Positions 1-13,760 of a DNA stretch of 64,000 nt are shown in pieces (positions within the stretch are counted from its first letter, which is position 1; each line of letters begins with the position of its first letter). A program made the position numbers and the translations under genes. This DNA comes from Felis catus (lineage: Eukaryota). The stretch is from contig NC_058368.1 in assembly GCF_018350175.1 (NCBI RefSeq), forward strand, positions 109,184,001-109,248,000, in the 5' to 3' direction. The notes below the pieces were generated by a model. The model ran no database searches. It worked only from the letters and a program-made list of their open reading frames with translations, and had not been told where the DNA came from.

Positions 1-359
1 ATACTCAGCAGCCCCAAGCTGTGGGCATTGATCTTAAAGCCACAGGTGACAGTGAGAAAATGGGAACTACTTCATGTAAGTTTGGAAAAAGGCAGATAGG
101 TGGCTCACGGGGCCAGAACTGGAGGAAGCTCAGTGACCTGGAGAACCTGGTTCAGCTTGGTGACCATGGCTGCCACTGACACGTGTTGGGGGAGTGTGGC
201 TTTGTGCGTTATATTTTATAAACTAGTGGAGTGAAGGTAGAAGCAATTTATCTGATCATCACTTACCCCTTTGCTTTCCAGTCTCCTGCTGCTGCCAGCT
301 CACTCTGTCCTTCAGGCTGATGACTTCAGCTCTTCTCTTTTGAGCCTGTTGCAGTCAGG

Positions 360-1690
360 TTCCCATCCCACAACCATTCCACTGAATCTGCCCTTGACCA
401 AGATCAACTGTGACCCTATGATGCTAAATCCAAGGATTAATTCTGTGACTTGACCTATCACAATGGATTGCTCCATCCTCCTTGAAACCCTTTCTCCTGG
501 TTTCTCTCCTACTGTACTTGCTACTCCTTCTCAGTCTGTTTTGCTGAATAATTGAATGGGACTCATTCCTTAGACTGACCGTTTCCCTACTGACAGTCAC
601 CCCCTTGGTGATCTCATCCTGGGTCATTGCTTTAAAGAGCTATGTGATGAGTATTTGCAAGTCTTCATTTTGGGCCTGGATCTCTCCCCTGAACTCATAT
701 ATCCAACCTGCCCACAGGGCTCTCCAACTGTCTAAAAGGCATCTCCTACTTAACATGTCCAAAACCAAGTTCCTTATCTTCCCCCAAATGTGCTCCATCA
801 GTAGGCTTCTGCAAGGCAGATAATGGCAATTCTGGACTCCCATTTGCTCAGGCCAAAAATCTCAGAGCCCTATCTGAATTCTTTATTTCCAATCTACTTC
901 TAATCCATGAGCAGTTCCTGTTGGCTCTACTCAATAGAATCTGATCATATCTGAATACCTCCATGCTGCCTTTCTAGTCCAAATTATCGGTGTCTCTTGC
1001 CACAATTTCTGCAATAACCTCCTAACTGGTTGGTTCTACCTGTGCTTCCCAGTTTATTCTCAACACAGCATCCAGAGTGGCATTGTTAAAATGTGAGTCA
1101 CATCATTGCAATTCTCTGTGTAAACTCTCCAGTGGCTCCCATCTGAGTCAAAGCTCAAGGTCATTCAAGGGCCTTCTTTTAGTGCCCTACATGTTCAGAG
1201 CTTTGCTGCCTCTCTGATTCTCTTTCTTACTTCCCCTTCACTCACTCTCCTCTGGCCACCTCACCCTTTCCCACTGATCTGTACCATGTCAGGCAGGCTC
1301 TCACATCTGGACTTTTGTACATGCTGTTCCCTCCACTTGGAAATCTTCTTTCCTATTAAATGTCAGGGTCCTTGCCCTCATTTCTTTCAGGTCTTTGGTC
1401 ATAATTCACCTTCCCTGGCCATACTGTTTAGAATTTGGTACACTTTCCCACCTGCTCCATAGCTCCCTTCCCCTTCTCTGCTCTATTCTTCCTCCAGAGC
1501 ACTTTCCTCTCCTGACTACTATATATTATATATATATATTTTTTCTTTCTTTGGTTGTTGATCTCCCCTAGTAGACTGCAAGCTCTCTGAGGGCAGGGTT
1601 TTTATCTGTTTTGTCTCCTGCTGTGTCTCCAGGGCCTGAAAACAGTGCCTGGCATATAGTTGGTGTCGAATAAATATCCAATGAATGGAT
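360..1690 (+). mobile_element. L2 LINE, 3' portion
   Basis: Pyrimidine-rich L2-like text, ending CAGTGCCTGGCATATAGTTGGTGTCGAATAAATATCCAATGAATGGAT (typical L2 3' terminus). Confidence 0.8.
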
Positions 1691-2559
1691 ATATGACTAA
1701 AAATACATGAAAGGATGACTTACTGTTTATAAAAGGCCTTTGAGACAAGGTAGAAAGATCACTGAGTTTCCTGCTGGCATAGGAGCATTAATAGACTCGG
1801 TGTGAAAGAAATGCCCCAAGTGGAGAATGCGCCTCTGTGGAAATCATGATGCCTGTGTTTGACCTGGGCCAGCGTGCAGCCAGCTCACACCTCAGTGGCT
1901 TCCGAAGAACTTGCAAAACATGCAAGACAAGTGGCTTGGGGTGAATGAGCACACCCCACTTCATTTCCACCCAGGCCTCTTTTACCCCAAGGCCTGCCCT
2001 CAGCGCACTGTCTCAATCATTTACTTTCCTTTTTTTTTCCAGGTACCAGGGTTTGCAGCCTATTGGAGGAAAACAACATCAAGGTAAGAGAACAATAAGA
2101 CTGTGTGTCTTTTGGGACTTCCCAACTTAAAGGGCCTTGGAAGATATTCAAGGAAGACTAGAGTATTGAAAGTGTTGGCAGCTGGATAACACAGGGTACT
2201 CGTGTTGACTTCCTGGGTAGAGTGTGGGCCCTGGGGACAGTGAGTCCAGCTCATTGTTGAGCTGTGAATCATCAGAGGTGGCTGCAAGGTCTTTAGACCC
2301 AAGAAGACCTCCCCCAAACCAGTCATTTGTGCCCACAGCCTGGCTCTCCTGCTCTGCTTTCCTTACCTCCCTCCAGGCCTCTGTCCTTCATCCCTCGCTC
2401 TTCTGCCAAACCTACTGAAGTCGGGGTGTCCTGGGTTTTGGTTTTTGTTTTTGTTTTTTTCAGCAAGGATGGTTTAGGTCTAGATCCAGAGAAATATAGG
2501 ATGCTTCCTGCGTAGGAGTTATCTGATTCTGTGTTAAATGTGGTCTAAATTTCAAAGAG

Positions 2560-2981
2560 TGAAAACACTCAGTAAATAATGGATGGTAGGGAAATGTGTA
2601 CCAATGTGTGTGTACTGCTGACATGATTCAAAAAGGGGCTTTTTAAAACCAGTGTTAAAAATGTGTCCAGGCTTTGACCAGGCAATTCTACTTTTTGGAA
2701 TTTATCCTAGGAAAATAATCACAGTTGTGCAAAGGTATATGTGCAAAGGTTATATATTTATAACCACATTGTTTTATAATAGAAAAAAAAAAAGAGAAAG
2801 AAACATTGGAAAGCCCAAGAAAAAGGAATTGGTCCTTTAAAACCTGGCACATCCACACAAGGGCACATCATGCAGCAGAATGACCTAGGTGTATACTTAC
2901 TGGCAAGAAAGACATTTGCATATATTGCTAAGTAAAGGGGAAAAAAAGGAAAAAGAAAAAATGAATAAAGTTTACAAAACA
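2560..2981 (+). mobile_element. Ancient L1 (L1ME-like) 3' fragment
   Basis: TTTGACCAGGCAATTCTACTTTTTGGAATTTATCCTAGGAAAATAAT motif typical of the L1M ORF2 end / 3' UTR. Confidence 0.65.
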
Positions 2982-5074
2982 TGCAAGACAAGTGGCTTGG
3001 GACTCAGGCTGGAGGGTTGAAATCCAGATCAGTCTCTTAACCCGTGTGGGAACTCAGGCAAGTGATGTGATCTCCCTGAGCCTCTACTACCTGCCAGTAA
3101 AATGGGCATAATAACATGGTTGCAAGAACTGGGTGGGATTAACACATCTAAAGGCCTCAGCACAGGGTCCGGCCTGGGTTGAGGGCTCAGCAGCTGGGTA
3201 CCCAGATGAGATGTGAACCAGTAATATTTCTGCCAGTGTATAAGCCTGGAAACATTCTGGAAATTCATAGACAAGTAATGGTTTTATTTGGCTGGTAGAA
3301 TTGTGGGTGATTTTTAATATTTTCTTATTTTTCTACAAGGAATACTTGTTACTTATTTAACAATGAGGTAATTTTTAAAAGAAGTAACAATGGGAAAGAT
3401 TAAAAGAAAAAAAAAAAAAAAAACCCTGCCTTGCTTTGAGCAGGCAAGCCAGCTGAGCAGCCCCTGGGGCAAAGCCCTGAAGGAATGAAGGAGAGGCAGG
3501 AAGGAGAGGGAAGGGGAGGGAGGTGGGTAAAGGAAAGAACAAAAAGGACCCTTAGACCTGACGGCTGGTGCCCAAGGAGATGTACCTCAGAGTTAAGATT
3601 CAAACCCTACAGGCATGTTCCCCACTTTGACAGCTCCTGGGGAGGTCCTGGTAGGAGATAGGTGACTCAAGTCCCATCTGCCCCATGAGATGATGAGGAG
3701 TGTGTGCAGCCACCTCTGGCAGCTGAGCACATGCCAGGAGGGGCCCTGGGCCTTCAGAAACCCAGCATATTGTCCACATCCAGAGTAGGAGAGACAGGAA
3801 ATCCTAGTGAATTCCTAAATCCCTAAAAGGATGACTAGCTCCCCTTTCCTTTGGCAGCCTGGCAGGATCCACACTCAAGAGCAGGATTTCCCAAGCAAAT
3901 ACAGCCTGCTGGGAAAGGGAGCCAGTGACTGGTGACCCCCAAAGATTTACTTGCCAGCTCCTATCCCCACCCCCACCCACATCAATGAGGTGCCAATTTA
4001 TTCAGCATTTCTTGGGGCAGGGATCATCCACCTAAGTGAATTCTCCAAGTAATCAAACTCAGTCCCATCACGTTGCAATGTTTAATTAATTTGTTTTAAC
4101 AAAATCATGCATGCATATGGTTTGTATATCAACAGTACAGGAAGCTTGTAATAAGGATTGCCTCCTTACCTTTCTTGGTGCTTCTCTCTCTCTAGAGAAG
4201 CCTCTTTCTACTCTTCATTAGTTCCTATTTCTGTTCATACTGTTATTTCTTGATTTGCCAATTTTAGACATCTGTTGACTTCTTGTGGGAGACAAAAATT
4301 AAGCTTTCCTACAAAGCTGCTTCCAGTTCTCCTCCCTCCATCTCCCAGTAAGAAGATAACATGATTTTTGGTTGACTCAGTAGTGACTGCAGACACATTA
4401 TTCGCTGCTGAACTAAGTGGTGTGTTACGTGTCCTTGAGGTCTCGGGGGAAAATATCTTATATCTTTGATCATTTTCTCCCCTTTATTTTACCTGTTGGT
4501 AAACTGCCAACTGCTGTTACCAGTTGGTAAACTGGTAAACTGGTAAATTGGTAACTGGATTACTCTTCTGATATTCTTATATTTTTTATTTCCCTTCCCT
4601 TTGCCTTTTGGGTCTACTTTCTTGGGAAACTTTACTTGACTTTATCCTCCAACCATTCTGCTGATTTTGTCTTAATTGTGGCCTTCATATTTTTAATATA
4701 CAAATATTCATGTTTTCTGTGCCTTTTTTCATAATATCACATTCTTGTTCTATAGATATGCTATTGCCCTCTTATCTCTCTGAAGGAGTTATTTCTTTTT
4801 CTTTTGTTTATTTGTTTTGTTTTAATATTCTTTTCTCTTTGTTGCCTTTATATCCACCTAGCTACTTTTTGTTTGTTTGTTTTCTCTCTTTCATGTTGGA
4901 GGCTTTCCTCAAATGTCATATGTCGTGGCTGCCTGTTAATATTTATGAATGATGCAATAAAAAGTATGAATCAAACTGTGTGTTTGGGAACAACCTATCA
5001 GCTGGGGCTTTGCTATAGGTAGCAAGCCAGCCTTTTCGTTAACAAGCCTCAAAATGCCACACTCTTCTCTGAAG

Positions 5075-5289
5075 CTAGGTTTCTCGACCTTGGTGCTGTT
5101 GATATTTTAGGACAAACAATTCCTTTTTGTCAGGGGCTCTTGGGCACTGCCGAGTGTTTAACAGTATCCCTGAACTCTACGTCCAGATGCCAGTAGCAGC
5201 CTCCCTTCATGGAGTTGTGATAACCAAAAATGTCTATCAACATTGCCAGATGTCACCTGGGGCCCAGATCACCCCTTTGAGAACCACTA
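5075..5289. mobile_element. MER20 (hAT-Charlie DNA transposon relic)
   Basis: GGTTTCTCGACCTTGG...CCAGATGCCAGTAGCA...ACCAAAAATGTCT...TTGAGAACCACT termini and internal motifs. Confidence 0.8.
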
Positions 5290-5329
5290 CTTGAGCCATT
5301 CTGCTTTTCAAGAGAAGCACTCTGACTCC

Positions 5330-5858
5330 TTGTTCCCGTTACTTATTACTGCATAACAAATCACCCTAGAACTTAGTAGCATCAACAACAGCCGTTTTGT
5401 TATTCTGCAAGTCAGAAATTCAGAAAAGGCACAGCTCTTCTCTGCTGCACCACGTCTGGGGCCCTGGTTAGGATGACTGAAATGACTGGAGGCTTGCGTA
5501 GCTGGGATTTAGAACAGCTGGGGCTGAAAGATCCACTTTCAAGATGGTTCTCCACTTGGCAGGGATAGCGGGAAGCCTGGACTCAGCTGGGACTGGTGAC
5601 TGGGGAGACTGCACATGGCGTCTCTAGCATCCAGCCTGGGAGTTGGGCCTCTTATGTGGTAGCTCAGGGCTCCAGTGTGAATGCTCCAGCCAGCAACATG
5701 GGCGCTGCATGGCTTTCTGCGCCCTGGCCTTGGAAGTCACATGGCATCACTTCCACTGTAGTCACAAGACTACATAGATTCAGGGAAGGAGACTGACGCC
5801 CACTTCTCAGAGGAAGATGTGTCAGAAAAATTTGCAGCCATGTTTGAAATTCGCCACA
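5330..5858 (-). mobile_element. MaLR solo LTR (MLT1 family)
   Basis: TATTACTGCATAACAAATCACCCTAGAACTTAGT...TCCACTTTCAAGATGG...GGAAGTCACATGGCATCACTTCCAC, MLT1-type motifs. Confidence 0.7.
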
Positions 5859-6309
5859 CTCCAGAATGGGGTGATATATGCCTGGGGCACGGTGCAGTGT
5901 GAAGAGTGGGGACATTGACTCTCACCCTTCATTCTCCAGACTTTGCCCTCATCCCCCATTTGCAGCCTTGTGTTCATCTGCCATCTCTTCTGCCTGAGCC
6001 TCTCCTGTTCAGGGTCTTCAGTCACCTGCTATGTGGGATGGAGTGTGAGGTGGGATCTAGGAGGATATCCCTGGTTCCTTACCCCACTGCTTCCTATACC
6101 TGACCACCACCATCATAATACTTAATTTCCCTCAAGTCTGAGTTGCTCCAGGGTTCTGAGGGTGAAGGGGCTTGCCTCCTGGCAACATCCCCTTCTGCAG
6201 TCCCTAGGAGACCAGCTTCCTCCACCTGCTTTCTGCCTTTCTGGAGTGTGCTAAAATCTTATCCATTGATGTCTCTTTTACCATTCTCTTTGCACTTGAA
6301 GGGTTATAC

Positions 6310-6498
6310 CTTTCTTTTCTTTTTTAAATTTATATCTAATTTATTTTTTAAGTTCTTATTTAAATCCCAGTTAACATACAGTGTAAAATGATTTTCAGGT
6401 GTACAATATAGCGATTCAACACTGCCATACCTCACCTGGTGCTCATCATGACAAGTGCACTCCTAATGCCCATTGCCTATTTCACCCATTCCCCCCAC
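6310..6498 (-). mobile_element. Carnivore L1 3' end fragment
   Basis: T-rich tail followed by GTTAACATACAGTGT...TCAGGTGTACAATATAGCGATTCAACA...GTGCTCATCATGACAAGTGCACTCCTAAT. Confidence 0.75.
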
Positions 6499-9400
6499 TA
6501 TACCATTTTATTTCTTGACTGGCATTTTAGCAGCACTTCAGGAGAGAAAGAAGATTAGGACATGTGACTGACCTGACGTGTTAACTGTAAGCCCTGTTGT
6601 ACTTCTTTTGGAATGAGATACATCTCTACCTTGTGTTATCATCTTCCCTGCCCTGAAAGCTCTGTTCAGTAGTGCAGTGACCACATTCAACCCTTTGCTG
6701 GTAATTCAGAGTCATGTTTATAAACATACATGTGTACCTTGGAATTATTAGGCTATGTAGAGCAATTTGTCCCTCCATGATAGGGACCAGAATCACTGCA
6801 TTTAAATCCCTTGAACCCTTTTTGTGGTCATCTCTGTCTCGGGCTGTCTCTTGTCCCATTTATTTATGGTGAGAATGCCACATTACAGCACATTAAGTTC
6901 TAATCAACTGTTTTTCAGTGGCTAAACCTGATGACAGTGCACGGGATGCCTGGCCCCACCCATTTTCTACCCTTCCCCACACCTTGCAGGATTTGACCTT
7001 TATGGAATTTATCAACCAGTGCTTCCAGTTGGGTTTGGCCAATAGAAAGTCCCTGCAGGACCCTGGAGGATAATGTTAGGTGCTTTAGGATACTTTATCC
7101 CATTCACCTTACTTGCTAGGCCTCAGTCTGCAGGGTCTGTGTGCTTCACCCTTCAGGCACAACCCCTGTGGCAGCCCTCCCCTCCAGGCTTGTCTAGGTT
7201 CCTGTAACCACTCCCTTGCCCTCCTCCCTTCAGGTAGGAGGTAACAGCTCCCCCACTGGTGTTGGCTCCAGGGTGCTTCTCTTTCCCTTGTCCTTTGCCT
7301 CAGTTCTGCTCACCTTGTCCTTCTTTAAGGTCCCCTCTGTTACCTGTGCAGTGTGTATCTGTTTCCCACTGGGACTCTGACCATACAGAAACTTTTTCTG
7401 ATTTGCTTCTAAAATAAGAATAGTCCCTGAATGAGCCCTGCAAGATCCTCTTAGGTGTTCTTCGTATGAGCTTTGTGACCTCTCTGGACTACTCAGGAAT
7501 TTTAAAAATACACTTTCTAGGTTTTTGACTGTAATGCCTGGTAGAGGGTACTGTGTTAGTGACTTCTCCATATGGGGAAATATTACTTACTGGAGTATTT
7601 TGAGAAGGAAGATAAGTATGTAAATAAAAGGAAACCAGGAGAGAGATTTTTATGACTTTTAGAAATTATATGGCTGACTGGAAAATGTCAACAGTTTCAG
7701 AAAATGAAGAAATACCTTCCTGAATAACAGATTCTTGCTGGATCTTTAAGGTCAAGCGTATATTCAGGGGACATCCGGGCCATGTCTGGATGGGATTCCC
7801 TTAGATCTGACATTAGGAGTGCCTTAGGTCACTAACCCCACTAAGCCTGTGTGCTTCCAGGTCAGTAGCCTCTTTGATGCTTTTACTATGAGGGTATTAT
7901 GTGCTTGTTTATCCCCTGGGATGAGTATAGTGAAGCCCAAAGAGGCCCACGGCCTAGGCCCCAGTCATACCTCATGCCCAGGAAGAGTGGCCCAGAGCCC
8001 AGCCACCCTTTAGCTACCCCTGAGATCAGCCTGCACTGCTCTGCTGCTGGAGTGCTCTCTGGATTCTCTTGCCTCCTCCCTCCCCTGGCCTAGTCAAACC
8101 TTAGTTTTGTTTAATTTCTACAGACCATTGAAGCATAGGTAACTCTAGGGAAAAATTAGAATCAAGAACTCTTCCTGGCCACCCATTTCCTGAAACACAG
8201 AAAGGAAACATTTCATAAACGCTTTGTAAAGTAGACAAAAGGAAGGGGTAGGGGCACTCTGGCTGGCAGGGCTGGCCATGTGGCCTCTCACAGATGAGGG
8301 AGGTGAGATGGCACATGGGGGCTGAGGTCTCAGCCAGGGGCAGCACAGGCACAGCCCCTGGCACCGTGTCTCTCTGGCCACTCCAGCAGAGCCATTGATC
8401 CTCTGCCCTCCTGGGCCAGGAGAAAACACCTGGGGGCACCCCCCCCCATTTCCCATGGGGGAGACTGAAGCCAGAGAAGTGGAGAGTTACAGCTTCAGTG
8501 GAGAGACACTCATATCTTTACACCCTGGCTTCCTTATTCATGCCTCTTTCACTTCTAGGGATTTTTTTTTTTTTTTTTTTAATTTGGGGAGTAGGGACTG
8601 GGCAGTTGGAGATAGATTTCTTTGTTCCTAACTTGGCTACCTCCATTGATGTAGCCTTTATCAGTTTAACTTGTCCTTTTTCATCCCACACCACTCTGTG
8701 TCCCTCTGCCAAATGCAGTCAGCCGAGGCCCCCCAGCGTCCCGCCTGGCTGAGTTGCAAGAGGCCCCAGGCCCCTTCCTGTTCACTCCTGCTCTGTAGAC
8801 ACGATGCTATGGGGCAGACATGCAGGGACATGGACAGAAGAGGCAGACCATGGCTGGATGGTGGAGGGCCCGGGGGTCTGGGGGAAGCTTCTGAGGCCTT
8901 TCTGCGCTGTCCTTCTCACAGCAGAAGGTTCATGGTCCAGGTACTGGGATGGGGCCCAGGTGTAGTGTGTAAGCCTGTGTCTTGTCTTTTCCTGTCCAAG
9001 CTGCCCATTGTTGACCAGAGTGTGCTGGAGGTGGCCATTGCTAGGGTGGCTGCCTCTAACCACAAAGAGAGGAAGGAAAATTCTCAGCCTGGGCACTTGA
9101 ACCAAGTCCTCAGCAAGATGTTGCAAGTTCCTAATCTGGACCCCGAGGCCAGGGAGTTTAGGCATCGTCTGGAACCCAGACTGTTACCCACAAACATAGA
9201 CATTCAGGGGACCTACTCCCACCCCCCACGACACCAGATCCTCAGCAGTGTCTCTGGCCTGGGTAATAGTCCCTGGGAAGTCCAGCTGCCACCTCTCTAT
9301 GAATGACCCTGTAGCAGCTGTGCTGATAAGCCACTTCTCTGGGGGCAGAGCCGAGGTCCACCTTGATGTCATTATACACCATTACAAACTGATGCAACCA

Positions 9401-9601
9401 GCTTTCAACAGACACTGCCAGGGAAGAAACACATTACAACAGCATGCCGCAATACTTCCTCCGCTCGTGCAGGAGGCTTGCTCCCATCAGCAAAGATGGA
9501 CTCTTTGAACCCCAGTATCTCACTCCACCAGCCTGGACAGTGCCTTTTGTCAGGAGCATTCCAAAACTTTGAGTGGATCTCCTTTTCCCAAGAAACTAAA
9601 C

Positions 9602-10598
9602 CAGTGGCTTTCAATCCTGGCTGCACATTACACTCATCTAGGATATAAAAAATATTGATGCCTGGGCCTCACTCTCACCCCAGAGATACCAACTAAAGTG
9701 ATCTGAGTTAAGAAAAAAAAATCTAAGTGTGTATTTAAGGGTAACATATACAACAGCAACAACACAAAACCTAAGTATAGATCTAAGTGAATTTTCGCAA
9801 AGTGAACTTACCCAGAGTAACAAGCATCCGGATCAAGAAGCACAACCTCACCAGCATCCCCTGGTGCCCCAAGGGGTCGCCACCATTCTCACTTCTGATG
9901 GTGGAAATGAGTCTTGCCTGTTTTCAAGCTTTATATTATATAAATGGAATCATAAAGTACATGGACTTTTGTGTCTGGATTCTTCCACTCAACATTATGC
10001 TTATGAGATTCACCCAAGCTGTGTGTTTATGGTTGCCATAGTTCGTTTGTTCTCGTTGCTGTACAGTATTCCACCATATGGATATTCCCCAATTCATCTA
10101 TCCGTTTTACTATCGATGGATATTTGGGTGTTTGGATTGTTGTTCGGGGTTTGGGGTTATTATGACGGCTACTGCTATGAGCGTTCCTATGGTGTCTTTT
10201 GGAGCACATTTGTGTGCATATTTAGTGGAAGTGCTAAGCAAGTCTGGATACAAATGTGTTCAACTTCAGTACCTTATGCCAAATAATTTTCCAGAGTGGC
10301 TGTACCCGTTCACACTCCCTCCAGCAATGTCTGAGAGTTCTGGTTGCTTCACATCTTTGCCGGCAATTGGTACTTCATATCTCTTTCGTGTTAGCCATTC
10401 TGGTGGGTGTGTAATGATATTGCGGTGTGGTTTTAATTTGCATTTTCCTGATGACTAATACAGTTGAGCACTTTTTCATATGTTTATTAGACATTTACAT
10501 CCCCTCTTTGCAAAGTGTCTGTTGAAGTATTTGGACATGAACATTTGTAAGAAGCTCCTCAGGTGGTTCCTATGTGCAGCCAAGGTTGAAAACCATTG
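9602..10598. mobile_element. MER5A split by an antisense old L1 3' fragment (about 9730-10540)
   Basis: Left arm CAGTGGCTTTCAATCCTGGCTGCACATT, right arm AAGCTCCTCAGGTGGTTCCTATGTGCAGCCAAGGTTGAAAACCATTG; the interior has GTGGTTTTAATTTGCATTTTCCTGATGACTAAT (L1, minus). Confidence 0.75.
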
Positions 10599-13025
10599 AA
10601 CTAAACCACAAGTTGGTATCTGCTGTTCTGTTTCTCGATGTCCCGCCTTTGAACTTAAGAGTATTTTGGATCTGAGGGGACCTCATGGACATGGGTAAAG
10701 ATAACCTTCACCCCCTATACCAAGATGGGCCTACCAGGAAGAAGCAAGAGATTGGAGCTGGAGTTTAGGCAGTTGCAAATCTTTGGGAATATAGCCTCCA
10801 CTTCAGAAGAGCCCAGAGACAGCCAGTGGTGTCCACAGCTGCCACAGACATTTCCTGACCACAAAAATGATCCCTTGCTGATACCCCCAGAGCCCCAGGC
10901 AATCATGTGGAGGAAGTGGAGGGGCCACATGCCAGGTACTTCCCAGTTTCTGGGCCAGTATGAACAGGACACAGCTCATGTGGGGGTTGTGGTCAAGCTG
11001 GAGACAGTGGAGCATGTGTTCTGGGGGCCTGGGTGGGGCTGAGGGAGGCCTTCCATCTGTGGCCTTTCTCCTGGGTGAAAGGGCAGCTAGCTAGTGAGGC
11101 CCTCCCACATGGGTCCCAGCCTGGCCAGGTCTTGAATTCTGTGCGCTTACATCTAGGTCCCGGTTGTTGCTTCTCTCATCTGTAATGATCTCGTCTGTCC
11201 TCTGTTGCCCACCTTGCGGCCCTGCTCCAGGACCTTCCCTGGCCACCCCACCCCTATGGGCCCCTCACTCTTCTGAGCTTCAGCTGCACTTGGAGTGAGA
11301 CCATACAGTGTGGCTCCTAATTACATACTGCCTTGTATTGGGTCCCTGTTGCGTCATCTGTGTTCATTTTATCCTCCCCTCTGGACTGCAGTTTCATCCC
11401 AAGGACTGCTGGGCACTTCTCTCTGGCTCCCAACAGTGGGTAGAGTGGCATTTGGTAACTCAGTGACAACAACCTCCAACTTGAAAAGGACGATGCAGTA
11501 AAGATGCAGACCACACACAGAGTCAGCATTTTCCTTCCCTCAGACTGGGGTTGTGCAGGTGGCAAGCAGAGCTGCCCTGTGTGGGCTCTGTGTTGGCACA
11601 TGTGCCCCATTTCTGGTAGGCGAGGAGCTCTGTGCAGTGAGTCTGGAGTTGGAGCACCAGCAGGGGACTGGGCTGCTGGTGCCTGCCTGGGTGTGCATAA
11701 AGGCCCCTCAGGCAGAGGGGTTCTGAACACCCAGATGGAATTCACCATGGTGTCTGGAGCTTGGGAAACAGGGGGCAGGGGACAGTCTCATCAGTACCCG
11801 TCTGTGTGCTCTTTGAAAAGAGCATGGTCCACCTTCTGTTGACTGAAGTTCTGCCAGCTATGTGACATGAAAAGAGGGACAAGGAAGCATGTGGGCAAAG
11901 TTGACATTTTGGAGGCTGGTGAGCACAGAACCAACTCTGGGCTCTTGGTTGTGGCATGTTCCATGGATTCAGGCCCATCTTGGAAATTGCTCTGGACGTA
12001 GAGCCTTTCATGTCTGATAGTCCAAGTACAGATGCCGGTGTTCCCTTGGAATATGGAATAAATGGTGGTCTGCACTAACCAGCCACCAGAGTTCTATCTG
12101 AAACCTGGAATAGTACCAGGAAGAACTCTCTCTGGCAGCGTGTGAGAGTTCCAATTGCTTCACATCCTTGCCAACAACTGGCTTGTTCTGTCTTTGGCCA
12201 TCTGAGTCTCATAAAAAGAGAGACTCCTCTCCTTCCACTGAGTGTGCCTCCCAGCCTCTCCTCTTTCACCAGAGCCCCTCCCAGCAATTATGCCCTTTAG
12301 TTCTCTCAAGTCTGGGTCTTCAAACTCTCCTACACTGGCTGCCTTCGTGCAGTATTTGATATGCTTCCGCCAGCATTGTCTGTGTAATGCTTCCCTCCAC
12401 CCCTTTCCCCACGGAGTACAGCCATGCTGTCTGCCTCTCACAGCCGAGATCTCGAATGAGACTTCTCCTCTCTCCTCCCTCTTCCCAACACTTATTCAGC
12501 AAGTATTCATTTTATACCTGCCTGTGCTGGGCACACACAGTAGGGTTCAACAGGGAATGAGACTACCTGGCCTTATTCTCATGAAGCTTACAGCTGAGGA
12601 GGGAAAACAGACATAAATTATTAACAAGTGTTTGTGTAATGGCCGTTGTGATAAGTGCTGCCATAGCCTGACAGCACTAGCCAGGTCCTTTCTGCACTTG
12701 GGCACCTGCAAATGTCTCCTTGTCCTTTGAGGCACAGCTCACATGTAACCCCATCAATGCCACCTTCCCAACCCTTCATCACACAGCAGCATGGCCCTTT
12801 CAGCCCAGAACAGCCTTGGTTATAACTGTTCTGCACAGAGGCTGAAATCCAAGGATGGAAACCTGATCTCCTCAGAGCCCCCTGCCCGGCACACAGCCCC
12901 GAGCATGGAAGGTGCTCAGTAGATGAATGCAAGTCCTTGCCAAGACTGGGCCAAAGTGTGTGAACATCTCCATGGACTGAGAATCATTGCTTGCTTGCCT
13001 TTTTTTTTTTTTAATAGACTTTTGT

Positions 13026-13268
13026 GGGGTGACTGAGTAGCTGAGTCAGTTGAGCATCTGACTTCAGCTCAGGTCATAATCTCACAGTTTGTGGGTTCTA
13101 GCCCCATGTCAGGCTCTGTGCTGACAGCTCAGAGCCTGGAGCCTGCTTCATATTTTATGTCTCCCTCTCTCTCTCTACCCTCCCCCACTTGTGTACTTGC
13201 TCCCTCTCTCTCTCTTTATCTCTCTCAAAAATAAATAAATAAACATTTAAAAAATAAAAAAAAAATAA
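13026..13268 (+). mobile_element. Can-SINE (feline type)
   Basis: tRNA-derived head, (CT)n tract, A tail; TSD AATAGACTTT at 13013-13022 and 13269-13278. Confidence 0.92.
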
Positions 13269-13544
13269 AATAGACTTTGCTTCTTTTTATCATTATAAAA
13301 GTAATTTGGGTTAGGTCACAATAATGTGAATTTACTTAAGAAAACTGAACTGTACCCTTACAAATGGTTAAGATGCTAAAATTTGTGTTATGTGTATTTA
13401 TTTTGCCACAATTTCAAAGAATACATACAATGCAAAGAATAAGTATAGACAAGGAGAATAAGGGAGAAAGGTCCATATTATCAAGAAATAAAGGACAAAG
13501 GATTTGATTCAGACAGAAATGGATTTAAAAATGAGCAGTTTGTT

Positions 13545-13760
13545 GGGGCGCCTGGGTGGCGCAGTCGGTTGAGCGTCCGACTTCAGCCAGGTTACGATCT
13601 CGCGGTCCGTGGGTTCGAGCCCCGTGTCAGGCTCTGGGCTGATAGCCTGGAGCCTGTTTCCGATTTTGTGTCTCCCCCTCTCTCTGCCCCTCCCCCGTTC
13701 ATGCTCTGTCTCTCTCTGTCCCAAAAATAAATAAACGTTAAAAAAAAATTTTTTTTTAAA
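13545..13760 (+). mobile_element. Young feline Can-SINE (SINEC_Fc-like)
   Basis: GGGGCGCCTGGGTGGCGCAGTCGGTTGAGCGTCCGACTTCAGCCAGG with CpGs intact; perfect 17-bp TSD TAAAAATGAGCAGTTTG at 13526-13542 and 13761-13777. Confidence 0.95.

Noticed and set aside
8671..9306. 211-aa plus-strand ORF
   Set aside because: Non-ATG start, no family resemblance, no other support
9729..10458. Hydrophobic 185-aa and 126-aa ORFs
   Set aside because: Antisense reading of an old L1 3' fragment
13545..13630. tRNA-like A/B boxes in SINE heads
   Set aside because: tRNA-derived Can-SINE heads with CT tract, A tail and TSDs; not tRNA genes
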